A DNA stretch of 64,000 bases, from NCBI GenBank assembly GCA_020057555.1, contig JAGVFR010000026.1:22631-86630 (forward strand), written 5' to 3'. Each line of letters opens with the position of its first letter. Position 1 is the first letter of the stretch. Of the stretch, positions 56,187-64,000 are shown in pieces. The translations under genes and the position numbers were made by a program. This DNA comes from a bacterium (GTDB lineage: Bacteria; Patescibacteriota; Patescibacteriia; UBA9934; GWF2-40-263). The notes beneath the pieces were generated by a model. It did not search any database, was not told the DNA's origin, and saw only the letters and a program-made list of their open reading frames with translations.

Positions 56187-57197
56187 CTACGAGAGCATGG
56201 CCTGGAGCTTGAGCTCGGCCATACGGATCACGCCAGGAACCGTCCAGTTCTTGATCGCACGGACGTCCGCGGCGGTCAGACCAGAGTTGCGAATTTTGAT
56301 AGCCGCGCGACCGAGTTGACGGTACTCGTCCTTGCTCACGCCCGGGACGATCTTGCCCTGAACGCGGCGTGGCGGACGAACCAGACCTAGACCGCATGCG
56401 AGCAAACTTCCGTCGCGCAGGGTTTCGACGTGCGAGCGAGTTTCGGCGATTCTTGCGTCAACGCGTTCTTCGGCCTCGCGCTGAAGCCGTGCTTCCTCGG
56501 TCGCTCTCTCGTCCGCGAACATATTCTCGATTGCCGCCATTGCCTCGGGCACGGTCTGCGATCCGAGCGGCAGAACGGTCTGTGCGCACTTGGGGCAGAA
56601 CGACTTCTGAAGGAGACCATGAACGGTCACCTCCTCGAGCCTCTTGACCCCGATAGCGCGCATGATTGTGCTGAACACGACCGCGACCCTTGCCTCGTTC
56701 ATCGGAACGAGTCGCAGACACTGTCCGAACTTTCCCTGACAGACCACGTGGTCCACGCCGTCCTTCGCAATGACGAGTCCCGGGGTGAACCTGACCTCGG
56801 GCTCGAGAACGGGCTCGGGCGCTGGAGCGGGTGCGGCGGGAGCCTTCTTGGTCTCGGCCTTGTGGACCTTGACCTTCGCCGGCTTCGGTGTCTCGACCTT
56901 CGGAGCCGGGGACGGGTTGGCCTCGGTCTTGGGCGAGACGATCTCCTTGGCCATGATTTCGACAGCCTCGATCGAGGAGCAATCCCTCCAGTTCTGGCCC
57001 GTGACCTCGATGATGTGCATGGCGCGACCGAGCTCGACGTGGGATGCGAGGAAGTTGATCGAGCCCTCGAAGTGACGCTCAACCACACGGCCGAGCTCTT
57101 CGAGTTCGCCAGGGAGACCGGGGCGGGAGTCGTCCTGCGGGATGATCTGAAGTCCGGGAGCCATCTGCGCGACCATGCGTAACCTCCAAAAAAGCAT
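56187..57197 (-). CDS. hypothetical protein on high-GC island (orphan, Pro/Ala/Lys-rich linker)
   Basis: Minus-frame codon positions sampled at 56761-56820: GC1 75%, GC2 40%, GC3 85%; GC switches to host-like at the stop codon; other overlapping ORFs are GC artefacts. Confidence 0.6.
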   Translation of the reverse strand: MLFWRLRMVAQMAPGLQIIPQDDSRPGLPGELEELGRVVERHFEGSINFLASHVELGRAMHIIEVTGQNWRDCSSIEAVEIMAKEIVSPKTEANPSPAPKVETPKPAKVKVHKAETKKAPAAPAPAPEPVLEPEVRFTPGLVIAKDGVDHVVCQGKFGQCLRLVPMNEARVAVVFSTIMRAIGVKRLEEVTVHGLLQKSFCPKCAQTVLPLGSQTVPEAMAAIENMFADERATEEARLQREAEERVDARIAETRSHVETLRDGSLLACGLGLVRPPRRVQGKIVPGVSKDEYRQLGRAAIKIRNSGLTAADVRAIKNWTVPGVIRMAELKLQAMLS

Positions 57198-57312
57198 GTG
57201 TCCTGGGTCCCGAACCTACACCACGTAGGAACGGATCAATTTATAGAACCTATCGGTCCTACGACCTTAGCAGTTTGGAAATTGTTATACCTTGAGCGAA
57301 GGAAAATTACTG

Positions 57313-57337
57313 CCTTCGACAGGCTCAGGCAATAATT
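57313..57337 (+). repeat. dispersed 25-nt repeat copy between the two high-GC genes
   Basis: Exact match to 8908-8932; flanked by AAATTACTG/CAATAATTT. Confidence 0.8.
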
Positions 57338-57463
57338 TGCCGGAGTCGGAGGGTTAGATTCAATTTCTAAACTATTAAGATCGTTCCGGGTGGCGTGTTC
57401 AGGGAAAGAAATCCCTTTACACACCACCCGGAAGATATAGAGCGGAGAGAGCGGAAAGAACTA

Positions 57464-58003
57464 CTAGCCGTTGGCGACCTTGCGGGCCTTGCCCTTGACG
57501 GTCACGATCGGCGTCTCGACGGCGGCGGGAGCCTCGGCGGGCGTGGAGACCGGAGCCGGTGTCACGGCGACCGCGGCCTTGAGCTCGGCCACAACCTGCG
57601 GGCCGACCTGCTCACCGATCGGGGTCGAGGCGAGAGCAGGCTTGGCGGGTGCGGAAGCGGCGGGCTTGGGCGTGAGCTTCGGCGCGGGCTTCTCGGACTT
57701 GGACTTCGGGAAGTAGGACATCGTGTTGACCATGTCCTTGAAGTCCAGGAGCGGTGCGAGGGCCGAGTTCTGCCCCATGCCGTGCTCGATGTTGTCGATG
57801 GCCTTCGTGAGAAGGGCCTTTCCGACGTCTTCGATGCAGCGCATGGTGTAGTACTCGGTGCCGACGTAGTCGTCGCGCTTCTCCGGGTCGAGGCCGAGCA
57901 CCTCGCACGCCTTCGCGAAGATCTTGTCGCGCAACTCCCTTTCGAAGATGCGTCCGTAGAGCGGGGAGGGATCGGTCGAGGGGGCCTGGAAGCTGGTCTT
58001 CAT
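57464..58003 (-). CDS. hypothetical protein on high-GC island (orphan, Pro/Ala/Lys-rich tail)
   Basis: GC3 20/20 in a sampled 60-nt stretch; N-terminal globular part then KPAPKLTPKPAASAPAKPALAST linker and a Lys-rich C-terminus. Confidence 0.6.
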   Translation of the reverse strand: MKTSFQAPSTDPSPLYGRIFERELRDKIFAKACEVLGLDPEKRDDYVGTEYYTMRCIEDVGKALLTKAIDNIEHGMGQNSALAPLLDFKDMVNTMSYFPKSKSEKPAPKLTPKPAASAPAKPALASTPIGEQVGPQVVAELKAAVAVTPAPVSTPAEAPAAVETPIVTVKGKARKVANG

Positions 58004-58573
58004 TGAAATTCTCCTTTTCGATGGCCTGCCTCCAGCCGAACCTGACCCCTGTGGTCAAATCCGCTTTCAGCTCGATGACGGCAAATGTTGTCACCATTGA
58101 GCTGAATCGGATTTTCCCAGAAATACGGAGGTAAAGTGTGACCCATTGACCTGCCCGAAGGCTGGTGTAGATCGTGAGTCTCTTGCGTATGAATTCAGTC
58201 AGCCTAGGCCGAATGAACACATTTGAGACTCTCTGCCAATGTCGTCTTGTAAGACTCGATTGGACAGCTTTACTCTCTCCTCCGTGTTTCTGGGTCGGTT
58301 TTTAACAAAAAACCGGTTGTCGTATATATCTGATCTTTTTGGCAAGAGTCAGACGTACACAACAACCGGTTCTTTTATTCAAAGAATGGCTATTGACTAC
58401 CTTTATACCGTGGGTAGTGCACGGACTCTCTCCCAAAAGTCCTATTTGTAAGAATCATCTTAACGGTCATACTATATCATATTCTGTCAAAACTGTCAAG
58501 ACCCGTATGTCGGTGAGGTTAGAATTTTAGCTAAAATTAGACAAAAGCTACTGTCAGGATTTTTTAGACTTAT

Positions 58574-58620
58574 CACTCCGTCACTTCTTCACTCCGTCAC
58601 TTCTTCACTCCGTCACTTTG
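58574..58620 (+). repeat. tandem 16-mer CACTCCGTCACTTCTT x3 directly upstream of holB
   Basis: Seen directly; related CACTCCATTACTCCATCACT at 54340-54366 upstream of the TrmB-like gene. Confidence 0.7.
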
Positions 58621-58639
58621 TGTTACACTAAAATCTGTT

Positions 58640-59563
58640 ATGGAACCTTTTTCTAAGACGATCGGCCACAAAACGGCACGACAAGTGTTTTTGCGCATGA
58701 TAGAAAACAACCAGCTTCCGCATGCGATTCTTTTTGTTGGTCCAAAACATGTTGGGAAAACTCATCTTGTCACAGAATTGATCCAGCATCTTTTTCATAC
58801 AATACGTCATCCATCGCTCATTTCCGATGTTAGTCTTTTAGCAAGAGAAGTTGATCCAAAAACAGGCAAGAAAAAATTCGCTATTTCTGTTAAACAAGTT
58901 CGTGCTCTTGTTGAACGTCTTTCAATGACTCCAATGGAAGGAAATTGGAAAATCGCGTTCATTCAAGAAGCTGATCGGCTTTCGATCGGAGCCGCGAATG
59001 CGCTTCTCAAAACACTTGAAGAACCAAAAGGAAACGCTCTTATAATTTTACGCGCGCCAAGTGTTGAATCTGTTTTGCAAACAATCGCGTCTCGTTGTCA
59101 GATTTTTCGACTGTCGCCTGTTGCCAAATCAGAAATTATTCCAGCGCTTCAAAAACGTGGGCTTTCAAAAACAGAAGCAGATGAAATTTCAGAGCGATCT
59201 TTTGGTTGTCCGGGAATTGCGATTCGATATATTCAAGATAGTGAAATGCGCGCGCGCAAAGAAACAGCGATCGCGCAAGTCGAAACTTTAATGAACGCGT
59301 CGCTTCCAGAGCAATTTAGATTAGTTTTTGATCTCATTCCAAAAACAGAAATTGACAAGTCTATTGCACTTTCTCATTTGCTCGATGATTGGTCAGAAGT
59401 GTTGCGCGCGAATTTATTAAAAACAGTCGCTGAAAAGCAAACAGCAACCGTGAATAAAACCGCTCGCGTTCTAAATTGTATTCAAACTGTTCGTAGCGCG
59501 ATTTCTCACAACATAAATCCTCATTTATCTTTAGAACATATTTTTTTATCAACACATGTATGA
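58640..59563 (+). CDS. holB: DNA polymerase III delta' subunit
   Basis: AAA+ Walker A GPKHVGKT and delta-prime layout. Confidence 0.8.
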   Translation: MEPFSKTIGHKTARQVFLRMIENNQLPHAILFVGPKHVGKTHLVTELIQHLFHTIRHPSLISDVSLLAREVDPKTGKKKFAISVKQVRALVERLSMTPMEGNWKIAFIQEADRLSIGAANALLKTLEEPKGNALIILRAPSVESVLQTIASRCQIFRLSPVAKSEIIPALQKRGLSKTEADEISERSFGCPGIAIRYIQDSEMRARKETAIAQVETLMNASLPEQFRLVFDLIPKTEIDKSIALSHLLDDWSEVLRANLLKTVAEKQTATVNKTARVLNCIQTVRSAISHNINPHLSLEHIFLSTHV

Positions 59564-60627
59564 AAAAATCTTTTTACCCAATTCTTTCAGTTGTACTTTT
59601 ACTTATTCTTCTTGGCGCTGGTTGTTCTGGGATTGGCGGAAAAGGAAGTAAAGCTCCAGACGGCGGTGTGTTCAAAACATCAGACGCTGGAAAAACTTGG
59701 GTTACAGCAAACATTGTTCCGACTGCTCAAGGAATTGGAACACTTGCCACAACAAATGTTATTAGCATGGAAGTAGACCCACAAGATAACGGTGTATTTT
59801 TTCTTGGTTCTCGCGAAAGCGGAGTGTTGTACAGTGATGATGCAACAGCTTCATGGAAACTTCCTCGTCAAGCAGTTTTGAAAGAAGGCTCTGTTTACGC
59901 GGTTGAAGTTGATCCATTTGACCGTTGCACTGTTTACATTGCTAAAGGTTCGCGACTTTATAAATCAACGGATTGTTTGCGAACGATTGATGATGAAACT
60001 TATGTTGAAACACGTTCTGGAGTTTCAGTTGTCAGACTTGCGCTTGATTGGTACACACAAGGAACGATTTGGATTGGTTTGAACAATGGTGATGTGCTTA
60101 AAAGCACTGATGCTGGAAAAACTTGGAAATCTGTGTTGAAGCTTGGAAAGGAAGTTTCTCAAATCATCATTAGCAACAAAGACAGTCGACAAATAATTAT
60201 TACGTCGTACGCACTTGGATTTCAACGCACATCAGATGGTGGAGACAACTGGGAAAAAGTCGGTGGCGATGCAATAAAATTGAATGGCGCACAGCAAGTT
60301 TATTCACTTATACAAAATTCGGATGCATCTGTTGTGTTGGCCGCGACAAAGTATGGAATTTTGCGCAGTAAGGATTTTGGTTTGAATTGGGAAGCGCTTA
60401 AACTTCTGACATCGCCAGGACAAGTTGTAATTCGCGCTTTAGGAATTTCACCAAAAGATGCAAACACAATTTATTACGCTGTTAATTCAACATTCTTTCA
60501 TTCAACAGATGGAGGGCAAACATGGCAAACACAAAAATTTCCGAGTTTGCGTGTGCCGCGAACTCTGATAATTGATCCTAAAGATTCTGCGGTGGTATAT
60601 GTGGGAGTCGCGGAGGCAACCGAATAA
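59560..60627 (+). CDS. BNR/Asp-box repeat beta-propeller lipoprotein (Ycf48-like)
   Basis: Lipobox LLGAGCSG; repeated S-x-D-x-G-x-T-W motifs (TSDAGKTW, STDAGKTW, TSDGGDNW, STDGGQTW). Confidence 0.7.
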   Translation: MKKSFYPILSVVLLLILLGAGCSGIGGKGSKAPDGGVFKTSDAGKTWVTANIVPTAQGIGTLATTNVISMEVDPQDNGVFFLGSRESGVLYSDDATASWKLPRQAVLKEGSVYAVEVDPFDRCTVYIAKGSRLYKSTDCLRTIDDETYVETRSGVSVVRLALDWYTQGTIWIGLNNGDVLKSTDAGKTWKSVLKLGKEVSQIIISNKDSRQIIITSYALGFQRTSDGGDNWEKVGGDAIKLNGAQQVYSLIQNSDASVVLAATKYGILRSKDFGLNWEALKLLTSPGQVVIRALGISPKDANTIYYAVNSTFFHSTDGGQTWQTQKFPSLRVPRTLIIDPKDSAVVYVGVAEATE

Positions 60628-60628
60628 T

Positions 60629-61183
60629 ATGCATGCGTATCTAAATTCAAAAAAACCAGAGTTTCAAATCACGATCGAACATTTGCAAAAGGAGCTAGGG
60701 TCTTTGCGCACTGGTCGCGCAACTCCTGCGCTTGTTGAAGATATAAAAGTGAGCGCTTATGGATCGATTATGGAAATTCGCGGTCTCGCCTCACTTAATG
60801 TTCCAGATTCAAAAACAGTTGTGATTGATCCGTGGGACAAAAGCTTAATTCAAAACATTGAAAAAGGAATTCGAGACGCCGGTGTTGGTTTGAGTCCGGT
60901 CGTTGATGGAAATGTTTTGCGCATCATGGTTCCACAAATGACTGAAGAAAATCGAAAGCAAATTGTAAAAATCATGAAAGAAAAACTCGAAGAGTCACGA
61001 ATTCGCACGCGTGGAATTCGCGAGGAAATTCGTGAAGAAATAATGAAGAAGGAAAAAGAAAAAGAATTTTCTGAAGATGAAAAGTTCAAGCTGTTTGATG
61101 AATTGGAAAAGCTAACAAAAGATTATAACGAGCAGGTCACACAAATGGGAGAAAATAAAGAGGAAGAAATAATGACTGTATGA
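60629..61183 (+). CDS. frr: ribosome recycling factor
   Basis: RRF layout with Arg-rich C-terminal helix; start at ATG 60629. Confidence 0.85.
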   Translation: MHAYLNSKKPEFQITIEHLQKELGSLRTGRATPALVEDIKVSAYGSIMEIRGLASLNVPDSKTVVIDPWDKSLIQNIEKGIRDAGVGLSPVVDGNVLRIMVPQMTEENRKQIVKIMKEKLEESRIRTRGIREEIREEIMKKEKEKEFSEDEKFKLFDELEKLTKDYNEQVTQMGENKEEEIMTV

Positions 61184-62505
61184 GCAATAACGTGACAATG
61201 GAAAAATTAACTGCGCTTGCGAAGTCGCGAGGGTTTGTGTATCCGGGTTCGGAAATCTATGGAGGACTTGCGAATTCTTGGGATTATGGTCCGCTTGGAG
61301 TTGAGTTAAAACGAAATATCGTTGAAGCATGGTGGAAAAGATTTGTAACATCGCGCAAAGACATGGTTGGAATTGATGCGGCGATTATCATGAATCCAAA
61401 AGTTTGGGATGCGTCAGGTCACACATCTGAATTCACAGATCCACTTGTTGAGTGCAAAAAATGTCACACGCGTTTTCGTGCTGATCAAATTGATATTGCT
61501 TCAACATGTACGAATTGTGGCGCAAAGGATGAATTTACTCAATCCAAAAATTTTAATCTGATGTTCAAAACATTCTTGGGTTCAACAGAAGACGATTCAT
61601 CTGTTGCGTATTTGCGCGGTGAGCTCGCTCAAGGAATGTTTGTTGATTTTCCACTTGTTGTTCAAACTTCTCGCAAACGTGTTCCATTTGGAATCGCGCA
61701 AATTGGAAAATGTTTTCGAAACGAGATCACGCCTGGAAATTTTATTTTTCGCACGCGCGAATTTAATTTGATGGAGTTTGAATATTTTGTGAATCCATCA
61801 GAATGGGAAAAATGGTTTGAGTATTGGCTTAATGAAATGAAATCATGGCTTTTATTTTTAGGTGTGAAGGAAGATCAATTTGTTCTGACTGAAATTCCAG
61901 ATGGTGAACGCGCGCATTATTCAAAACGAACTGTTGATATCGAATATCATTATCCATTTGGACAAAAAGAATTATACGGAATCGCTTATCGAACAGATTT
62001 TGATTTGAAAAATCACATGGAAAAATCCGGAAAAGACATGCGATATATGGATCCGATGAATAACGAAAAATATATTCCGCATGTGATTGAACCAACATTT
62101 GGAATTGATCGATCAGTGCTTGTCACGCTTTTGTCAGCTTACACCGAAGAGGAAGCTCCGACTGCGGAAGAAGGTGAAACTGATAGCCGAATAGTTTTGA
62201 AACTTCCAAAAGCGCTTGCGCCGTTCAAGATCGCGATTCTTCCTCTTTCCAAAAAACCAGAATTGAATGCTGTTGCGGAGCCGATCGCTGAAAAGTTGCG
62301 TGCAAGATGGTCGGTTGATTATGACGAAACACAGTCGATCGGGAAACGATATCGTCGACAAGATGAAATCGGGACGCCGTATTGTGTGACAGTTGATTTT
62401 GATTCGCTTAACGATCACGCTGTCACGATTCGCGATCGTGATTCAATGAAACAAGTTCGGATAAAAATTGACGAGTTGGAACAGTGGTTTGGAGCGAATT
62501 TATAA
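61180..62505 (+). CDS. glyQS: glycine--tRNA ligase (dimeric alpha2 type)
   Basis: N-terminal KSRGFVYPGSEIYGGLANSWDYGPLG motif of GlyRS. Confidence 0.9.
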   Translation: MSNNVTMEKLTALAKSRGFVYPGSEIYGGLANSWDYGPLGVELKRNIVEAWWKRFVTSRKDMVGIDAAIIMNPKVWDASGHTSEFTDPLVECKKCHTRFRADQIDIASTCTNCGAKDEFTQSKNFNLMFKTFLGSTEDDSSVAYLRGELAQGMFVDFPLVVQTSRKRVPFGIAQIGKCFRNEITPGNFIFRTREFNLMEFEYFVNPSEWEKWFEYWLNEMKSWLLFLGVKEDQFVLTEIPDGERAHYSKRTVDIEYHYPFGQKELYGIAYRTDFDLKNHMEKSGKDMRYMDPMNNEKYIPHVIEPTFGIDRSVLVTLLSAYTEEEAPTAEEGETDSRIVLKLPKALAPFKIAILPLSKKPELNAVAEPIAEKLRARWSVDYDETQSIGKRYRRQDEIGTPYCVTVDFDSLNDHAVTIRDRDSMKQVRIKIDELEQWFGANL

Positions 62506-62508
62506 ATT

Positions 62509-63783
62509 ATGAGATCCATCATTCTTAAAAATGGTTTACGTGTTTTGTTGAACCCGATCAAAGGCACAGACACCGTGACTGCTCTTATTTTTGTTCGCAT
62601 CGGATCGCGTTATGAGCCGCCTTCAATGAATGGTGTTTCGCATTTTGTAGAGCACCTCATGTTCAAAGGAACACAACGTCGTCCGAACACACAAAAAATT
62701 ACACGCGCTCTTGATGCGATTGGCGCAGAGTTCAACGCGTTCACTTCAAAATGCGTTACTGGTTATTACGTAAAATCCGATCGCAAAGCCCTTCCACTTT
62801 CACTTGATATTTTGTCAGACATGCTTTTTAATTCGAAATTTGATGAAAAAGAAATCAATCGTGAGCGAGGAGTTGTGAGTGAGGAGATTAACTTGTATCG
62901 AGAGAATCCAATACATCATGTTGAGGATTTGATTGAGGAGGCGCTTTTTGACGGTCATGTTCTTGGAAGAAATGTTGTTGGAACGCACAAAACAATTACA
63001 GAAATGTCACGTGAAGAAATTTATAAATACTATAAAACAAATTATTCTCCTTCAAACATGATTTTGGTTGTGTCAGGAAATATAGATTCTCACGCGCGAG
63101 CATTGATTGACAAATGTTTTGGGAGAAAAAAGTCAGAGAAAGATCGTCAAGCAAAGTTTGAGCCGTTTGTTGATCGCAAAGATTCAAAATTAGCTCCACA
63201 CGTTAGCTTGCAAAACAAAAAAACAAAACAGATTCAAATTACAATTGGTTTTTCGTCGTATGGAATTGATGATGATCGCAACACTGCATTAAGCTTGCTT
63301 TCGATTGTTCTTGGTGGAAATATGAGTTCGAGATTATTCATTCAAGTTCGCGAACGAAGAGGGTTGGCGTATCGAGTTGGAACAGATATGGAAGCTTATG
63401 AAGATGTTGGGTATTTTATTGTGCGAGCCGGACTTGATCAAAAACGTCTTCCACTTGCAATGAAAACAATCATGAACGAATTGCGTTCAGTCGCACGATT
63501 GGGAATTACAAACGAAGAATTGAAAGATGCAAAAACATTTTTGCACGGGCAAGTCGCGATTCAGATGGAGGATTCATTTCATCAAGCTGAATGGTATGCA
63601 AAACAACAGATGTTTCATCGTCGCATGAAATCTCCACACGCGTTTTTGAAACAGATCGATTCGCAAACAGCTTCGGATATAAAACGTGTTGCAAAAGAAG
63701 TGATAAATTTTTCGAGAATGGGAATTGGTGTTGTAGGTCCGTATAAAAATCGAGAGGATTTTTTGAAACAAGCAGGAATATGA
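62509..63783 (+). CDS. M16-family zinc peptidase (pitrilysin-like)
   Basis: Inverted zinc motif HFVEHLMFKGT (HxxEH). Confidence 0.85.
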   Translation: MRSIILKNGLRVLLNPIKGTDTVTALIFVRIGSRYEPPSMNGVSHFVEHLMFKGTQRRPNTQKITRALDAIGAEFNAFTSKCVTGYYVKSDRKALPLSLDILSDMLFNSKFDEKEINRERGVVSEEINLYRENPIHHVEDLIEEALFDGHVLGRNVVGTHKTITEMSREEIYKYYKTNYSPSNMILVVSGNIDSHARALIDKCFGRKKSEKDRQAKFEPFVDRKDSKLAPHVSLQNKKTKQIQITIGFSSYGIDDDRNTALSLLSIVLGGNMSSRLFIQVRERRGLAYRVGTDMEAYEDVGYFIVRAGLDQKRLPLAMKTIMNELRSVARLGITNEELKDAKTFLHGQVAIQMEDSFHQAEWYAKQQMFHRRMKSPHAFLKQIDSQTASDIKRVAKEVINFSRMGIGVVGPYKNREDFLKQAGI

Positions 63784-64000
63784 AAACCATCATCGCAAAT
63801 TGGAAAATGAATGTTGGAGTTCGAGAAAGTGTTGCGCTCGCGCGCGGCACGCTTTTGGCTTTGCGTGGACGCAGGATATTGCCTGAAGTTGTAATTTGTC
63901 CTCCGTTTATCGCTTTGTCAGAAGTTCACAAAGTTGTCGCGCGAAGCGTTGTTTTTTTAGGTGCGCAAAATTTGTTTTGGGAAGATCATGGAGCATACAC
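63780..64000 (+). CDS. tpiA: triosephosphate isomerase (3' partial, continues past window)
   Basis: MKTIIANWKMN canonical TIM N-terminus; ATG overlaps the M16 stop (ATGA). Confidence 0.8.
   Translation, partial: MKTIIANWKMNVGVRESVALARGTLLALRGRRILPEVVICPPFIALSEVHKVVARSVVFLGAQNLFWEDHGAY

Noticed and set aside
55192-56212. Small ORFs 55192-55446 and 55910-56212
   Set aside because: The translations (Cys/Arg/Phe-rich, no SD, overlapping dense hairpins) do not look protein-like, so the region is treated as non-coding
56187-58003. High-GC segment as pure contamination or chimeric contig
   Set aside because: I could not dismiss it as contamination because an exact copy of a host-specific 25-nt repeat sits between the two high-GC genes and both flanks are continuous low-GC sequence. 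It still needs read-level verification
56369-58220. Multiple overlapping ORFs in all frames (56430-57182 +, 56458-56982 -, 56699-57088 -, 57395-58006 +, 57612-58220 -)
   Set aside because: They are stop-codon-poor artefacts of 65% GC; only the two minus-strand frames show GC3 of 85-100% with GC2 of about 40%
58574-58620. Possible CRISPR array (tandem 16-mers), with other short tandem repeats also considered
   Set aside because: The units are contiguous with no spacers, are only 16 nt long and there is no cas gene nearby, so this is a simple tandem repeat

Overview
This 64-kb window looks like part of a low-GC (~38-40%), small-genome bacterial chromosome. The gene content (archaeal-type UMP kinase, TrmB-like regulator, compact housekeeping operons) and an LRQAQ-encoding short repeat suggest a CPR/Patescibacteria-like lineage; that assignment is inference. 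I call about 75 CDS and most are housekeeping.

**Genes supported by the sequence**
- Cell division and envelope: a SEDS protein (FtsW/RodA), MreB, MltG, a PAP2 phosphatase, and a cluster of four glycosyltransferases (a processive GT2 synthase, two GT2, one GT4).
- Ribosomal proteins and translation: L25, L31, S2, L10, L7/L12, EF-Ts, RF1 with PrmC, RRF, GlyRS.
- Glycolysis: gap, pgk, eno, gpmI, and a 3'-partial tpiA at the window end.
- DNA repair: nth, uvrD/pcrA, xseA and xseB, holB, and an SOS cassette of lexA, a small ORF and dinB.
- Other: queA, metK, an archaeal-type pyrH, greA, a cyclophilin, a HAD hydrolase and an M16 peptidase.

I found no rRNA, tRNA, CRISPR array, transposase or integrase.

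**Features worth a second look**
1. A four-copy family of ~70-nt hairpins. Each has a conserved ~35-nt core (CAGCGGCGAAGAGTCCGCTGGCCCGGAGACATAG-like) flanked by copy-specific stems that are perfectly compensated. Two copies sit at terminator positions.
2. A 1.8-kb island at 56187-58003 with ~65% GC and third-codon-position GC of 85-100%, carrying two convergently oriented orphan genes. It is embedded in hairpin-dense, ORF-free DNA (55149-58639) and split by a host-type repeat.
3. A 1.3-kb ORF-free, GC-elevated region between prmC and prfA, ending in a perfect double DnaA-box palindrome.
4. A 25-nt dispersed repeat (CCTTCGACAGGCTCAGGCAATAATT) in four copies. Two are in-frame insertions inside queA and a nucleotidyltransferase gene.
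5. Several other short repeat families (AGTAG-type, period-9 repeats, TAGCC-repeat palindromes, TTGACT direct repeats, a tandem 16-mer) that sit directly against start codons.
6. GTTC-N12-GAAC palindromes upstream of lexA and of the dinB operon, which are candidate LexA boxes.
7. A divergently transcribed cluster of a Zn-ribbon orphan, a TM0106-type RecB-like nuclease and a C39-like peptidase protein.
8. Several orphan proteins, including a membrane protein with a pseudo-PP2C domain and a beta-propeller.
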